From a virus: a stretch of DNA of 64,000 bases. The notes below the pieces were generated by a model that was given only the letters and a program-made list of their open reading frames with translations, was not told where the DNA came from and ran no database searches. How positions within the stretch are numbered: the first letter of the stretch is position 1; each line of letters starts with the position of its first letter. The DNA lies in the IMG/VR virus record IMGVR_UViG_3300020183_000007, positions 32,001-96,000 of that record, one strand, 5' to 3'. Below are positions 38,040 to 48,453 of this stretch, one piece after another. The position numbers and the translations under genes were made by a program.

Positions 38040-38810
38040 TTAGAGTGTCAAATTGACGCGGAAAGCACCAGTGACATTATATACATCTAGGTTGGCACGG
38101 ATACCGAGCTTGCCCTTATGGCTTCCGCTACGAGTAAGTTCGTATACGGTTTTTAGTGCACCTGGATCTGATGGGAGCTGCATGTAGCTAAGGAGGCCAT
38201 CATCGAAGTTTGTAGCAAACTTCTCAACCTCAATAACCTTACCGACCTGTAGGTAGGCGTATACAGCTGAACTGTTATAAAAATCAGCTGCAGCTGCAGC
38301 CACTGGACGTCCCATAAAATCAGAACGGATTAGTGACCCAACTGTTACATCGTCATTGATACCAGCAACCATGGGGTACTCTACATAACCATGGGTGATA
38401 AAGCCAGCACCTTGTGATGTGCCCTTATCAAATGGCCTATAGAGATCATATTGTGCGCAACCGATAGGAATTGAACGAGCCGGAACTGTGACTGTGTCAC
38501 TTGAACCAGTTGTTGATGTTGGTGTAGCACCGTCTAGTGGATTCCAGCTTGGCATTACATCACCATAGCTCTTGCTAGATGATGTACCATTCGCTGGTAC
38601 CACACGGGCATCACCGTTGCTATCGGCAACCACGGAAAGAATGGTACCCTTAGGAATAACAATCTCGAAACGATCATCTTCGCTATCTAGATACCATGTT
38701 GGCAAACCAGGGTGGGGAAGCAGGTATGCACTGGGGGCTATGCCCTCAGAAACAACAAACCGGCCAGCGCCTGTCTTGCTATGAACCTTACGGAACTTTG
38801 CTAAACTCAT
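38040..38810 (-). CDS. Capsid decoration/cement protein (256 aa)
   Basis: Between protease and MCP. VIPKGTILSV and PIGCAQYD patterns. GGAG SD. Confidence 0.6.
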   Translation of the reverse strand: MSLAKFRKVHSKTGAGRFVVSEGIAPSAYLLPHPGLPTWYLDSEDDRFEIVIPKGTILSVVADSNGDARVVPANGTSSSKSYGDVMPSWNPLDGATPTSTTGSSDTVTVPARSIPIGCAQYDLYRPFDKGTSQGAGFITHGYVEYPMVAGINDDVTVGSLIRSDFMGRPVAAAAADFYNSSAVYAYLQVGKVIEVEKFATNFDDGLLSYMQLPSDPGALKTVYELTRSGSHKGKLGIRANLDVYNVTGAFRVNLTL

Positions 38811-38828
38811 TTTCTATCTCCTTAATTA

Positions 38829-40448
38829 TTAAAGTTTACGTCTGCCCATTAGAGCATCTACTAAAACCTGTTCAAAAGAATCTACGGAAGAAACAGGCTT
38901 GCCAATTTCTTCTTCTTTACCAAGAGTCAAAACATTATCCTCTAACTTATTTACCTCTGCCTCAGAAGTAACTTCTGGCATTCCAACAAAATTAGAAAGT
39001 CTTTTATTAAGTTTTGCAGGAGTCTTAGCCAAATCTCTAAGAGTATCAGCTAGTGATGAGGCCGTGCGAGCAACGTGCTCTTCGATCAACTTTTCGCGAT
39101 CATCAACAGACTCAAAACCTAGACTAATCTTGGTATCGACAACTCTTTCAACCAAAGTTCTATGTAAAGCACTCTTAAGCTTTGCATTTTCTTCTTCAAG
39201 AAGCTCAATTCTAGCCTTAAGTGGATTGATGTCTTGCTCAACGCCCTCTTTGTTATCGCTGAGCTGATCAATCTCTTCGGCCTCTTCTTGATTCTCATCA
39301 GTCATTTCGACCAATGACTCTTCTGGCTTTTCAGCATTTTCGGAATCTACAATCTGTACATCCGCCTCTTCTGAATCGTCAGCTGAGTTCTTTTCTTGCG
39401 AATCTGTTGAAGCAGACTCTTCTGAAACCTCTTCCGCTTTCTCTTCTGAAAACCCTTCGGCAACGTCTTGATCGGTTGCCCCTAAAGTGTCTTCGGAAGA
39501 AGAAGCTGCTATATTAGAGAGATCCTCGCTTAAGCCTTTGGCTACAGCCAGAATATCCTCTTCTTTATTAACATCTTTCATGCTATGAGTCTCCTCAGAA
39601 TTATTTTTTTCAGAATCTTCATTGGATAGTAATGAATTAGAATTAATTATATAACTTTCACTTTCTTGAAGGGCTAGCGCTGTTAAAAATGCACCCTTTA
39701 AGTGTAGATAAATTGGTTTAGATTCTTTCTTTTTCATATCTGAAAAAATTGATCTATTTTCCTCAATTGAGACAATATCTTCATTATCCATACTTAAAAT
39801 AAAAGCAGAGCTTTTTGCCATCCAGTCATCGGAATCTGAAAGCTCTGCTTTACCGTCTTGAATCTTTGTAGATCTAACTCCAGATTTTTGATCTGCTGGT
39901 TGATTAACAAATGAATACTCTTTAAATGATATATCTTGCATATCAATGTAGGCAAGTTTGCCTTTGTAAACCTTACCTCTTTTAAACTTTGGCATACGAG
40001 GACGACCGGAATCATCTTCGGTAGCTAGATCGTCACCAGATATGCTGCAAACAGCTTTTGCAGCTCTTCCCCCAACTGAGCCAGTTAAATATCTTTTATC
40101 AACAACTTTTTGAGCTGCGACAGGATCAGTGATTGCAATTTGCAATCTTACAAATGCACTTCCGTCCGACTCTTTATCCATTTTAGCTGCCATGACCCTG
40201 CCAATTGGCTCTGCGTTTAAATCGTGGTTAAGAATGATGGGTTTTGGATAAGGCTCAACCCATGACTGCAAAGCTTTTTCTAACTCTAAAGCTGAATAGT
40301 GGTTATAATTAGCAGTCAAACCCTCGTGTATTGCGGCAACCTCGATTATTAAACCGTGCTTGGAGTTAAATGACTCCGAAAAATCTATATCTGATTTCGA
40401 AAAATCAGGAAGCTGTAATATAAAGTTTTCCACAAAATCAAAAGACAT
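38829..40448 (-). CDS. Prohead protease fused to an acidic scaffold domain (539 aa)
   Basis: KPIILNHD..PIGRV, YLTGSVGG and EYSFVNQPAD (His/Ser protease motifs), followed by a very acidic linker and a coiled coil. Confidence 0.85.
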   Translation of the reverse strand: MSFDFVENFILQLPDFSKSDIDFSESFNSKHGLIIEVAAIHEGLTANYNHYSALELEKALQSWVEPYPKPIILNHDLNAEPIGRVMAAKMDKESDGSAFVRLQIAITDPVAAQKVVDKRYLTGSVGGRAAKAVCSISGDDLATEDDSGRPRMPKFKRGKVYKGKLAYIDMQDISFKEYSFVNQPADQKSGVRSTKIQDGKAELSDSDDWMAKSSAFILSMDNEDIVSIEENRSIFSDMKKKESKPIYLHLKGAFLTALALQESESYIINSNSLLSNEDSEKNNSEETHSMKDVNKEEDILAVAKGLSEDLSNIAASSSEDTLGATDQDVAEGFSEEKAEEVSEESASTDSQEKNSADDSEEADVQIVDSENAEKPEESLVEMTDENQEEAEEIDQLSDNKEGVEQDINPLKARIELLEEENAKLKSALHRTLVERVVDTKISLGFESVDDREKLIEEHVARTASSLADTLRDLAKTPAKLNKRLSNFVGMPEVTSEAEVNKLEDNVLTLGKEEEIGKPVSSVDSFEQVLVDALMGRRKL

Positions 40449-40475
40449 GAATTCCCCTATTGATTAATATCTATT

Positions 40476-40499
40476 TTAATAGTAAGTTTGTTTTTATAA
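40476..40499 (-). promoter_or_regulatory. Putative late-promoter motif TTATAA-N8-TTACTATTAA upstream of the protease-capsid operon
   Basis: Same layout as 29075-29098, about 28 nt upstream of ATG 40448. Confidence 0.5.
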
Positions 40500-40524
40500 C
40501 ATTGAACAATTTTATATAAATATA

Positions 40525-41304
40525 TCACACTTTAGCATAGTTTTCAAAAATTAATTCAGATCTCTCATCTCCATGCTTTAGATATTGACGGTACATCACT
40601 TCAGACATTATATGTGGAGCATATATATAAGAGGCACAGTACAAATTATACCCTGCCTCTTTACAAGACCATGACCAACTAACATCTTCGCCCTGCTCAT
40701 GGATTCTATAGTTTATACTAGAGTATACTTTTTTGCTCATCATTTTTGCTGCCATAATTACATCAGACTTAAAATAAGTTCCAAGAGAATACTGCTCTTG
40801 TCTAAAAGCTTTTCCGGGGACATCTGATCTCCATGTCATAACACTGGGGTACATTGTTCCAAACGGAGTCATGAACATTAGTGGATTAACGGCATCTGCG
40901 CCAGATTTAATATGAGCTATTAATAATTCTATTGTGTTTGGATTGACTAGAAGTATATCTGAATCTAAACTAAAATAATAATCAGGATTGATATCTCTTA
41001 CTGTTTTTAATAAAGAATTTCTTAGTGACACCATATTTTCATATTTAGAAATAGTCCATTGTCTTCCATTGTTTTCATGCTGGAAATGAGGTATGTCTTC
41101 TCTTATGTTTATATAAAAATAAGGTATTCTATTATCGTATTTCTTCCAAGCTTCAAGACAATTTATTGTTTCTGTATCATCTGGTGAAACTTCAAATACA
41201 AAACCAATATCCTTAAGTGAAACAGACTGGCTAGCAATACATCGGATCCAGTCAGGCAATATCCAGGATCTCTTATACATTGGGCAACCTATTAAAAGCT
41301 TCAT
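40525..41304 (-). CDS. GT-A fold glycosyltransferase (GT2-like, 259 aa)
   Basis: LLIGCPMY N-terminal strand, SLRNSLL, YYFSLDSDILL (DxD motif), GEDVSW, and H in IYAPH. Confidence 0.8.
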   Translation of the reverse strand: MKLLIGCPMYKRSWILPDWIRCIASQSVSLKDIGFVFEVSPDDTETINCLEAWKKYDNRIPYFYINIREDIPHFQHENNGRQWTISKYENMVSLRNSLLKTVRDINPDYYFSLDSDILLVNPNTIELLIAHIKSGADAVNPLMFMTPFGTMYPSVMTWRSDVPGKAFRQEQYSLGTYFKSDVIMAAKMMSKKVYSSINYRIHEQGEDVSWSWSCKEAGYNLYCASYIYAPHIMSEVMYRQYLKHGDERSELIFENYAKV

Positions 41305-41666
41305 TGGGGATTTTTAGTCTCCTCAGCCTTCATCTCGGCATCCTTTGCTTCTTCGATTACAGGCATATCGTCCTTTTTTACCTCTTCTTTGACATAAGAC
41401 TGCATAGGCTGGTCTAGTACGATGGGCTCTTTATCTTGCGTATTTTCAGGTGCATCAGCTTCATTATAAATACTATTATCAACTGAATAAACAATATCTT
41501 CTAAATCCATAACTCTTTGTGTTAATTCAGAAACAAGATCCAAAACGACTTGAAGAGCAAGTCTTGTTTGACCATTTTCTACGGCTTTCTCTAAGGCTTC
41601 AATCGAATCATCTGTTGCCAAATAAGCTACTAACTGTTCATTCTTGAGTGTTGGGTTGATCGACAT
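41301..41666 (-). CDS. Hypothetical protein (121 aa)
   Basis: AAGGA SD, overlaps both neighbours, acidic C-terminus. Confidence 0.6.
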   Translation of the reverse strand: MSINPTLKNEQLVAYLATDDSIEALEKAVENGQTRLALQVVLDLVSELTQRVMDLEDIVYSVDNSIYNEADAPENTQDKEPIVLDQPMQSYVKEEVKKDDMPVIEEAKDAEMKAEETKNPQ

Positions 41667-43302
41667 GATTATATTCCTTTTCCTCTTTTGTATAAACTAT
41701 AGTATACTCTGATTCAAGGGCATTTTCAACTAATGTCAGCCATGTATTATCGGATCTTCTTATGTTTGGTGAAATATTTCTACCTTGCTGATTTGCGGGA
41801 CGAGTTGCATTGCCAACTCCTCTTCTGTTATTTGGTAGATTTCTTTGACCCTTTTGTGCAGAAGGCTGTTTATCGCCATCTCTTAGCACATCTTTTGGTT
41901 CCGCCTTAGTCATTGTCAGCTCAGCTTGATTTTTTGCTAAATCCATCTGCACTTTACCCTGTATAGCGGCAAACATTTCCTCTTGTTCATAATCAGGATT
42001 TAATCCCAGTTCTAATCTTGCTTCTTTTATGGAAATCATATTATTGACATATTTTTGTATAACATGTGTTTCCTTTTTAACCTGGGTATCAACATCAATC
42101 TCGTTAAACTTAAAATAACACCTATCAGATAAACCTTCTTCTAGCGGAGTGGTTACGGGATCAAATCCGCCTTCAAGTAAAAGTTCATTGAATATATGCA
42201 CCCTAATCATTTCTGCAACTATTTTTTGATACTGTTTAATCTTATCGTACAGAGCGGTGTCGAGACGATCTGACACTGCTCTGTTTCCGCCATTCATCGT
42301 CATACCCAGGTGATGAGGGGCAACACCCAAACCAACAGCAACTCTTTCCTTGAAATGCTCCAGGTACTTTGAGGCATCTAGTGCGGTATTGTTTGCTCCA
42401 ATTACCTCAATATTATGTCTATAAGGAAGTATTAAACCCCCCTCCGATCTTAGGGACTCTATCTCGGACGCAGCGTTAGAGATTTCTTGCGGCTCTGCTG
42501 GTTGATCTGCTGTACCTATAATATATTTGTATAATGGAAATAGTTCTCTATGAACTAAATTTTGGATATCCTCCTCTATTTGACGCAAAGCTACAACATC
42601 GTCTAAAACCGAACTTAAGAACGGCGTGCCAAAAGCTCTTCCAGATTTTTTATCCAAATACATATGTATGACACGATCAGCTGACCACACAGGGTCTCGT
42701 TCTGACGGCATATAGGTTAATGGATCCGTAGCCTGCTGATATGATCTTGGTCTATTAAACTTATCTCTTAAAATTCTTACCTGTTCTGTTGGAATTAAGT
42801 AATAACCAACTACTGGTTGAGCTGCATTGACGCCTGATATTGATATTGGGAAATATTCAGATATATCACCCCTAGCTTTAACAATAAACACATTTGCATA
42901 TTTAACAATATGTTCTGTAATTTCAATAAGAAAATCTAGAAATGGTCTTTTCATAGCCATTTCCATATAATCTATTCTTTGATATAAATACGATACAGCT
43001 TCTGGATTTTCGCCTACTATTGACCAGTTTTCCTTCCAGAATAATTCCTTATATTTATTTATTGCCTGCTTCACATAAGAATCCGTATCAGCTGCTTGCA
43101 TAATCCTATCAAAATCATAGGGAGAAGGCTCAAAGGTAGCTCTATTATTATAATAATAGGTGTTACCCTGGAAACCAAGTGCGAGAGCAGCCACTTTCAT
43201 AGCTTTGTTGATGGAACTTATCTCTTCTGGCTTTAGAGCTTTTGCTACAAAGTTATTTTTTTTATCGACTTGCCTAAAAGGCAAGAAATCAGCAACTGCC
43301 AT
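41638..43302 (-). CDS. Portal protein (554 aa)
   Basis: Size and position before the protease. YANVFIVK, VIHM...FGTPFLSSVLDDVVALRQIEE, GLGVAPHHLG, ISIKEARLELG. Confidence 0.85.
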   Translation of the reverse strand: MAVADFLPFRQVDKKNNFVAKALKPEEISSINKAMKVAALALGFQGNTYYYNNRATFEPSPYDFDRIMQAADTDSYVKQAINKYKELFWKENWSIVGENPEAVSYLYQRIDYMEMAMKRPFLDFLIEITEHIVKYANVFIVKARGDISEYFPISISGVNAAQPVVGYYLIPTEQVRILRDKFNRPRSYQQATDPLTYMPSERDPVWSADRVIHMYLDKKSGRAFGTPFLSSVLDDVVALRQIEEDIQNLVHRELFPLYKYIIGTADQPAEPQEISNAASEIESLRSEGGLILPYRHNIEVIGANNTALDASKYLEHFKERVAVGLGVAPHHLGMTMNGGNRAVSDRLDTALYDKIKQYQKIVAEMIRVHIFNELLLEGGFDPVTTPLEEGLSDRCYFKFNEIDVDTQVKKETHVIQKYVNNMISIKEARLELGLNPDYEQEEMFAAIQGKVQMDLAKNQAELTMTKAEPKDVLRDGDKQPSAQKGQRNLPNNRRGVGNATRPANQQGRNISPNIRRSDNTWLTLVENALESEYTIVYTKEEKEYNHVDQPNTQE

Positions 43303-43321
43303 ATGTGTTCTCCAATATAAA

Positions 43322-43340
43322 AGCTACTGTAATAGTAGCT
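43322..43340 (-). promoter_or_regulatory. Hairpin AGCTACT-N5-AGTAGCT containing a CTACTATTAC motif, upstream of portal (promoter and/or weak terminator)
   Basis: 7-bp inverted repeat followed by TTTT on the minus strand. Contains the TACTATW core about 27 nt before the portal ATG. Confidence 0.4.
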
Positions 43341-43361
43341 CTCTGGATTTTTTTTTATAAG

Positions 43362-43562
43362 TTACTGGCCAGATTGCTGTGATCTAGCAAATGCGTTATT
43401 TAAAATGAGGGCTTTGACAGATTCCATCCAGAAAATAGTTTCTGCTTCATTAAAATCACTCTTATATTGTAGGTTTGCATCTGAAATCTTAATTTCAATT
43501 GTAAACTCTTTTTTCGCTTCAGTTGCTTCTGGTACCTCTGTTGCCTCTGTTATCTGTGACAT
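43362..43562 (-). CDS. Small hypothetical protein (about 66 aa; start ATG 43562)
   Basis: A GAGG SD precedes ATG 43562. In-operon. Confidence 0.6.
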   Translation of the reverse strand: MSQITEATEVPEATEAKKEFTIEIKISDANLQYKSDFNEAETIFWMESVKALILNNAFARSQQSGQ

Positions 43563-43570
43563 TTTTATCC

Positions 43571-43756
43571 TCACTTAAACTCTTCTGGTTTATCTACTTT
43601 TGTTTGTTTTACTGGCTTTACGTTTTCAGTTAACTGCTGAATCTGTGCTGTCAACTGCTTAATTGTTGCCTCTTTAATAACTATTTCAGTCATCATTTGA
43701 GACATACGCTCATTAAATACTTGAATCAATATATTAATATCAAGATCATTATTCAT
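43571..43756 (-). CDS. Small coiled-coil hypothetical protein (61 aa)
   Basis: AAGGAG SD. Heptad-like KEATIKQLTAQIQQL. Confidence 0.65.
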   Translation of the reverse strand: MNNDLDINILIQVFNERMSQMMTEIVIKEATIKQLTAQIQQLTENVKPVKQTKVDKPEEFK

Positions 43757-43779
43757 GATTACTCCTTAAATAGGAGTCT

Positions 43780-43788
43780 ATTATATCA
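43780..43788 (-). promoter_or_regulatory. Extended -10 promoter TGATATAAT
   Basis: Exact motif overlapping the TGA stop of the fibre gene, 24 nt upstream of ATG 43756. Confidence 0.55.
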
Positions 43789-45732
43789 CTTATTTTCTAG
43801 AATTTCTAATCTTTCTATTATTTCCTTAACAGCTGAAGATAATAGTGTTGTTATCATACTATAGTTCAACGCTTGATGAACTGGTTGACCATCTTCTGAT
43901 ATTTTATCTTTCACACCTACCACTGCGTAGGGCATTATTTCCTGAACTTCGTGGGCTATAAAACCAATTGCTTGCTCTTCTGGTTTATGTAGATAGGTAA
44001 ACCTTAAGGGGTTCAATTTTTTCACTAAACTACATGAGTCAATAATAGATTCAAAATTTTCCTTTATTCTATAATCGGAAAACGTAATAAATGCCTTTGC
44101 ATAAACATTAACCCCCACAGCATTATTCAAACCTTCTGTAAAATATAGGGCGTCGCTGCCACCTAATCTAATTTGAGCAGAATATGTTCCATTCTGTGCT
44201 TTAAAACCTAATGAAACATTAGCATTGGATGTATTCATGATTACATTGGCACTGTTGACATCTGCTGCATTTGCAGCTGTATCTAGATGAAGGTCTGATG
44301 CAATAATTCTAACATTTGTTGTGTCGTTATAATTTCTAAAATAGAAAAAATTAGCACCGCCGCCAGAACGTATTTGACCCGTATCGTTATCAGTGGTCCC
44401 TCTAAAGGCTATTGAACAGTTTCCAGTTGTATCAGCTCTGGCTATAATATTAGCGGTTCTCCAATCTGTGGTTACATTTTTTCTTACATCTATGGTTCCA
44501 TCTAAGACTTGTAAATATGCTCCAGCTTCTAATCTTACTCCAGTTGTTCCAATATCTCCAGGATAGTAACCAATACTCATTGTTGAACCTTGAGCGCTCA
44601 CTTTGATAGCACCAGTACTAGTTATTAATCCATAATCTGTTGAGCTGGCTGGATTAAAAGTAATAGTTGATGTATCACCGGAACCAGAAGAATATAAGTT
44701 GAATGAAGTCTCACTGAGAACAATTCTTTTGCCACTAGATGCAGTTTGAACTGTTCCGCCTGTTACTGTTGCACCAGATATTGTACCACCAGATATTGTG
44801 CCACTTGCTGTAATTGTTCCGGTAAATGTTCCTGAGCTAGCATTAATTTCACCACTGACAGTAACTCCAGTAGCAGTTAGCGCACCTGAGCTAGAAACTT
44901 TAAAAGGTGCGGAAGCGTAGCTTGCATTACCTAGCCACATGTTACCATTTGCATCTACATGAAAGGATGTTGAATCTGATCCACCTATATCAATAGTTGC
45001 ACCGACAACCGCTCCCCTGACTGTAACATTATTAAATTCAGCTAAACCATCACCTCTAATTAACCAACCAGTTGAACCAGACTGATAATTAGATGTTCTT
45101 AATACAGCCATATTTGCTGGTGGAGTATAAGAGTATGTAGTTCCTGGCTGAGTTAGAATGATTTCATGTGCACCGATTGTTCCTGCAGTTATTTTTGCTG
45201 CGGTGAGTGAGCCAATGAATTCCTCATCAATAAGAGGAGTATCACCAGAAGCTACAATAGAAGTCCAATCACTAATATTTCCTGCGCTATCTATTGCGCG
45301 AACCCTTCCGTAGTATTTAACTGGATTGGTTACAGAAGAAGTGCTGGTAGTTGCGCTGTTATCATCGACTGATACTAGAAAAACATTTGTTTGCACAAAG
45401 CCAGTTCTATGGGGAGTTAGCGGAGTTGCAGCAGAAATAACTTGATACCCGCCTCCAACACTTTCTATTTGCTCCTGCTTATAAAGTTCGTATTCGTATT
45501 TAGCTGTATCTTCGTCAACACTATCAGTATATTTAAATAAAACATTTAAGAATGACGCCGCTAAAACTAGGTTGGTTGGAGCATTTGGAATAGTAGAATC
45601 TGTTGGTGTAGAAAATCTTACAGAATCAGTATATGCCGAAACAACATTGACATCATTGTTCTTGCTTCTAACTGTAACAATATATTCTTTATTTGGTTTT
45701 AGATTTTCTATATTTACAGGTATAATAGCCAT
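43786..45732 (-). CDS. Tail fibre/spike with N-terminal FnIII-like domains and a C-terminal S74 intramolecular chaperone (648 aa)
   Basis: PNAPTNLVL and YYGRVRAIDSAGNISDW (FnIII). GSLTAAKITAGTI and GWLIRGDGLAEFNNVTVRG (fibre). FSDYRIKEN...LNPLRF...IGFIAHEVQEIMP (S74). Confidence 0.85.
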   Translation of the reverse strand: MAIIPVNIENLKPNKEYIVTVRSKNNDVNVVSAYTDSVRFSTPTDSTIPNAPTNLVLAASFLNVLFKYTDSVDEDTAKYEYELYKQEQIESVGGGYQVISAATPLTPHRTGFVQTNVFLVSVDDNSATTSTSSVTNPVKYYGRVRAIDSAGNISDWTSIVASGDTPLIDEEFIGSLTAAKITAGTIGAHEIILTQPGTTYSYTPPANMAVLRTSNYQSGSTGWLIRGDGLAEFNNVTVRGAVVGATIDIGGSDSTSFHVDANGNMWLGNASYASAPFKVSSSGALTATGVTVSGEINASSGTFTGTITASGTISGGTISGATVTGGTVQTASSGKRIVLSETSFNLYSSGSGDTSTITFNPASSTDYGLITSTGAIKVSAQGSTMSIGYYPGDIGTTGVRLEAGAYLQVLDGTIDVRKNVTTDWRTANIIARADTTGNCSIAFRGTTDNDTGQIRSGGGANFFYFRNYNDTTNVRIIASDLHLDTAANAADVNSANVIMNTSNANVSLGFKAQNGTYSAQIRLGGSDALYFTEGLNNAVGVNVYAKAFITFSDYRIKENFESIIDSCSLVKKLNPLRFTYLHKPEEQAIGFIAHEVQEIMPYAVVGVKDKISEDGQPVHQALNYSMITTLLSSAVKEIIERLEILENK

Positions 45733-46670
45733 TATCTAAGCCCACCTATCTTTGTAAAACTATTATCTATTTGATTTATTAATTCGGTTCCGACTTTAAG
45801 ATAAAGATTATAGCTAAAAGAATATTTAGATATTTTAATATTATTTCCTCTAGAACCAATATTTTTTTCATATAATACTTCTAGTTCAGCTACGTGATCT
45901 TTTTCTTCAAAATCTAATTTTGAAAATAATTCTATATTATCTGAAAAACTTGAAGAAAAACAATCTATTGTTTGCCAATCTAATGCAAGCACTGCTGGTG
46001 TTTCGGCATTTTGTAATGCTGTAAATTTAATTCTAAATTTTCCATAGTTAATTCCCTTTGAACCATACAACGTAAACTTTGGCCCAGAAAAATTAATATA
46101 TAATTTAGATCCGGGTTTATTTGACAAGCCATTGTCCCAATCTGTCATTGAATTAATGAAAGAAAAATTATAACTTGAATCTGAATTTAAATTAACTTCA
46201 TATTGATCTGTTGAAACTTCAGAGTAAAGTCCGCAATATGGATTAGGAGGTGATAAATTAACTTGATAATCATTAGTTCCAGCATTATCAACTTCATTAA
46301 GCTTTCTAAGATTTGGCGTTGCATAATAAACAAAGTAGCTACCTTGAATTTCATTTACGGCTGTATGTTCTTCTGCTGTTTCGAAATATATATAGTCTCC
46401 ATTAATAACTGTTTTAACAGGATTAAAAGTTATACCTTTTTCATACACAACAACATAAGAATTGGCGTCTTCCAAAGTTTCCAGCGTTGAACTTTTGTAT
46501 GTATTTATATTTAAATCTTTTATATTTGCAAAAAGCCAAAAATCAGCAGACAACGTATCCCTGGGTGTAAATTTAGAAATAGCCCTTTTACAGTAGGGAT
46601 ATGAATAGCTATAATTAGGAGTTGCAGAACTAATGCTTTGATCTAACTTAAAATATTTAAACCACGCCAT
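45732..46670 (-). CDS. Virion protein with a probable C-terminal beta-sandwich (312 aa)
   Basis: FSGPKFTLYGSKGINYGKFRI resembles galactose-binding-like domains. Next to the fibre gene. Confidence 0.5.
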   Translation of the reverse strand: MAWFKYFKLDQSISSATPNYSYSYPYCKRAISKFTPRDTLSADFWLFANIKDLNINTYKSSTLETLEDANSYVVVYEKGITFNPVKTVINGDYIYFETAEEHTAVNEIQGSYFVYYATPNLRKLNEVDNAGTNDYQVNLSPPNPYCGLYSEVSTDQYEVNLNSDSSYNFSFINSMTDWDNGLSNKPGSKLYINFSGPKFTLYGSKGINYGKFRIKFTALQNAETPAVLALDWQTIDCFSSSFSDNIELFSKLDFEEKDHVAELEVLYEKNIGSRGNNIKISKYSFSYNLYLKVGTELINQIDNSFTKIGGLR

Positions 46671-46671
46671 A

Positions 46672-48453
46672 TTAAGTTACTTCCGTATAAATAATTTCAT
46701 ATTCATAATTATCTATTATATCATCAACTACTTCTATATTCAGAACTGCATCACACCTAGGTAAACCATTAACAATATCTACAATAAATTGGCTGACACT
46801 TATTGATACTGGCTTCTTCGCAGCATCTAGGCTATAATCTACACTTCTAGCCAAACTATAATCAATATCCAAAGAAGATATCTTCTTAGAGCCATCTGCG
46901 CCAGTATGCGCATGATCACTTAGGTCTACTCCATCTATAGTAATACCTTCTGCAACTTCTATATCACCAATAATTTTCCCACCATCTTTTAATAAATATT
47001 GAGGATGATCATTTTGATCTAATCCAGATAAAAGTTGGTGATCTGATTGAACTACATCTTTTCTTGTTAAGGAAATAATTGCTCCATCAAATATTTGAGC
47101 ATATACGTCATTATCTACATTCAGCAGAACATTTGGCTTTGGCAACCCCTTAACGGAAAGCTGAGATATATAGTTGGCATATTTTCTTTTTTCATGAATT
47201 AACTGCATAAGGGAATCTGTTTTTCCCATAACTATATGATGTCTATCTACAACATCAGCCATGATTGAAGTAAAATTACCCTTTAAAAGAATTGAAGCCA
47301 GTAACATTTCTTCAGTTAAAAATGGAAATCTTTTCTTAAAAGAAGTTGTTTCATAATCCAAATCAAAGGGACTTCCTATTTCAGAAGAAAATTTTAATCC
47401 AGGAGCTAAATATCTTGTATAAAAAATTACAGAGTTCTCTTCTAAATCTCTCTTTAATGATTGTAATATGTCTTCTATTTCTGAATCTACAGCGTTTAAT
47501 TTAATCGCAAAAAAAGCTTGAAATTTTGCGGCATGTTCTTTTGAGATTTTATCCAATTCGGTTGAGGGAATCGCTCCTGGTTTGGATACGATTGTTTTTG
47601 CAATCCTGCTCGAATAATGTTTGGCCGTTTTACACCATGAGTCGTAGTGCGATGCGACTTTTTGCTGCAGTTCGTTTTCATAAACCTCCCTAAAATCTTG
47701 GTTTAAAGATAATTGTATTGCATATACTTCTCTCTGAAGAGACTTTAATAATTTTCTGAATTGTAGAAAATATGAAAAGGTAGAGTGAGCTATAGAATAA
47801 TAAAACTCTTCTAAAAATTTTCTTGAAGAGGTAGAGTTTAACTTTTCCGCAAACATTATTTGTTGAAAATTGATATGACCAGGAATTGGTATTCTCAACT
47901 TTACCATTTCGTCTTTACGATCTTTGTACACATCGCTGTTTGGAGGTGGATAAGGAAGTATTGTAGCAATGTCATCAGATTCTTCTAGATCTTTTTCTGA
48001 CACATCTATTTCATTTGATTGTGGTAAATTTTGCGATGAATTTATCTTTAAAGAATCTGCTACACGCTGATTATAAACTGCTACAGCTTGAGGCTGTGTT
48101 GTATAAAGGTTTCTATGCAGTTCGTTCCAAAGATTTTGATGTGCCACCAAAAGATCATTATTGATATTAGGATTAATATAAACTTTTTTCATCAAGTTTT
48201 CAATATCATTAATCGTGTCAGTTATGAGCATCTGAGCTGATTCTGATTCTTTTCTAACAAAATCTATAGGTATAGAATATGCCTGTTTAATTCCAGATTC
48301 TGCTGTTCTATTATAGGCTTTTTCTCCTACAGCTTTATAGGCTTCTGCTCCTGTGGGATTTGTAAATGGAGCATCTTGGAATTTATAATCCCCATAAATA
48401 TTATTTGGAACTTGTGAATAAGATTCCTGATAATTTACACCAATATCACTCAT
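46672..48453 (-). CDS. Hypothetical virion protein (593 aa)
   Basis: Helical body, and C-terminal HQLLSGLDQNDHPQYL and IDGVDLSDHAHTG motifs typical of fibre or baseplate proteins. Confidence 0.6.
   Translation of the reverse strand: MSDIGVNYQESYSQVPNNIYGDYKFQDAPFTNPTGAEAYKAVGEKAYNRTAESGIKQAYSIPIDFVRKESESAQMLITDTINDIENLMKKVYINPNINNDLLVAHQNLWNELHRNLYTTQPQAVAVYNQRVADSLKINSSQNLPQSNEIDVSEKDLEESDDIATILPYPPPNSDVYKDRKDEMVKLRIPIPGHINFQQIMFAEKLNSTSSRKFLEEFYYSIAHSTFSYFLQFRKLLKSLQREVYAIQLSLNQDFREVYENELQQKVASHYDSWCKTAKHYSSRIAKTIVSKPGAIPSTELDKISKEHAAKFQAFFAIKLNAVDSEIEDILQSLKRDLEENSVIFYTRYLAPGLKFSSEIGSPFDLDYETTSFKKRFPFLTEEMLLASILLKGNFTSIMADVVDRHHIVMGKTDSLMQLIHEKRKYANYISQLSVKGLPKPNVLLNVDNDVYAQIFDGAIISLTRKDVVQSDHQLLSGLDQNDHPQYLLKDGGKIIGDIEVAEGITIDGVDLSDHAHTGADGSKKISSLDIDYSLARSVDYSLDAAKKPVSISVSQFIVDIVNGLPRCDAVLNIEVVDDIIDNYEYEIIYTEVT

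Noticed and set aside
37426-38043. 205-aa plus-strand ORF
   Set aside because: Antisense shadow of the major capsid gene, with no SD or domain. The same applies to the other short ORFs nested in the large genes.
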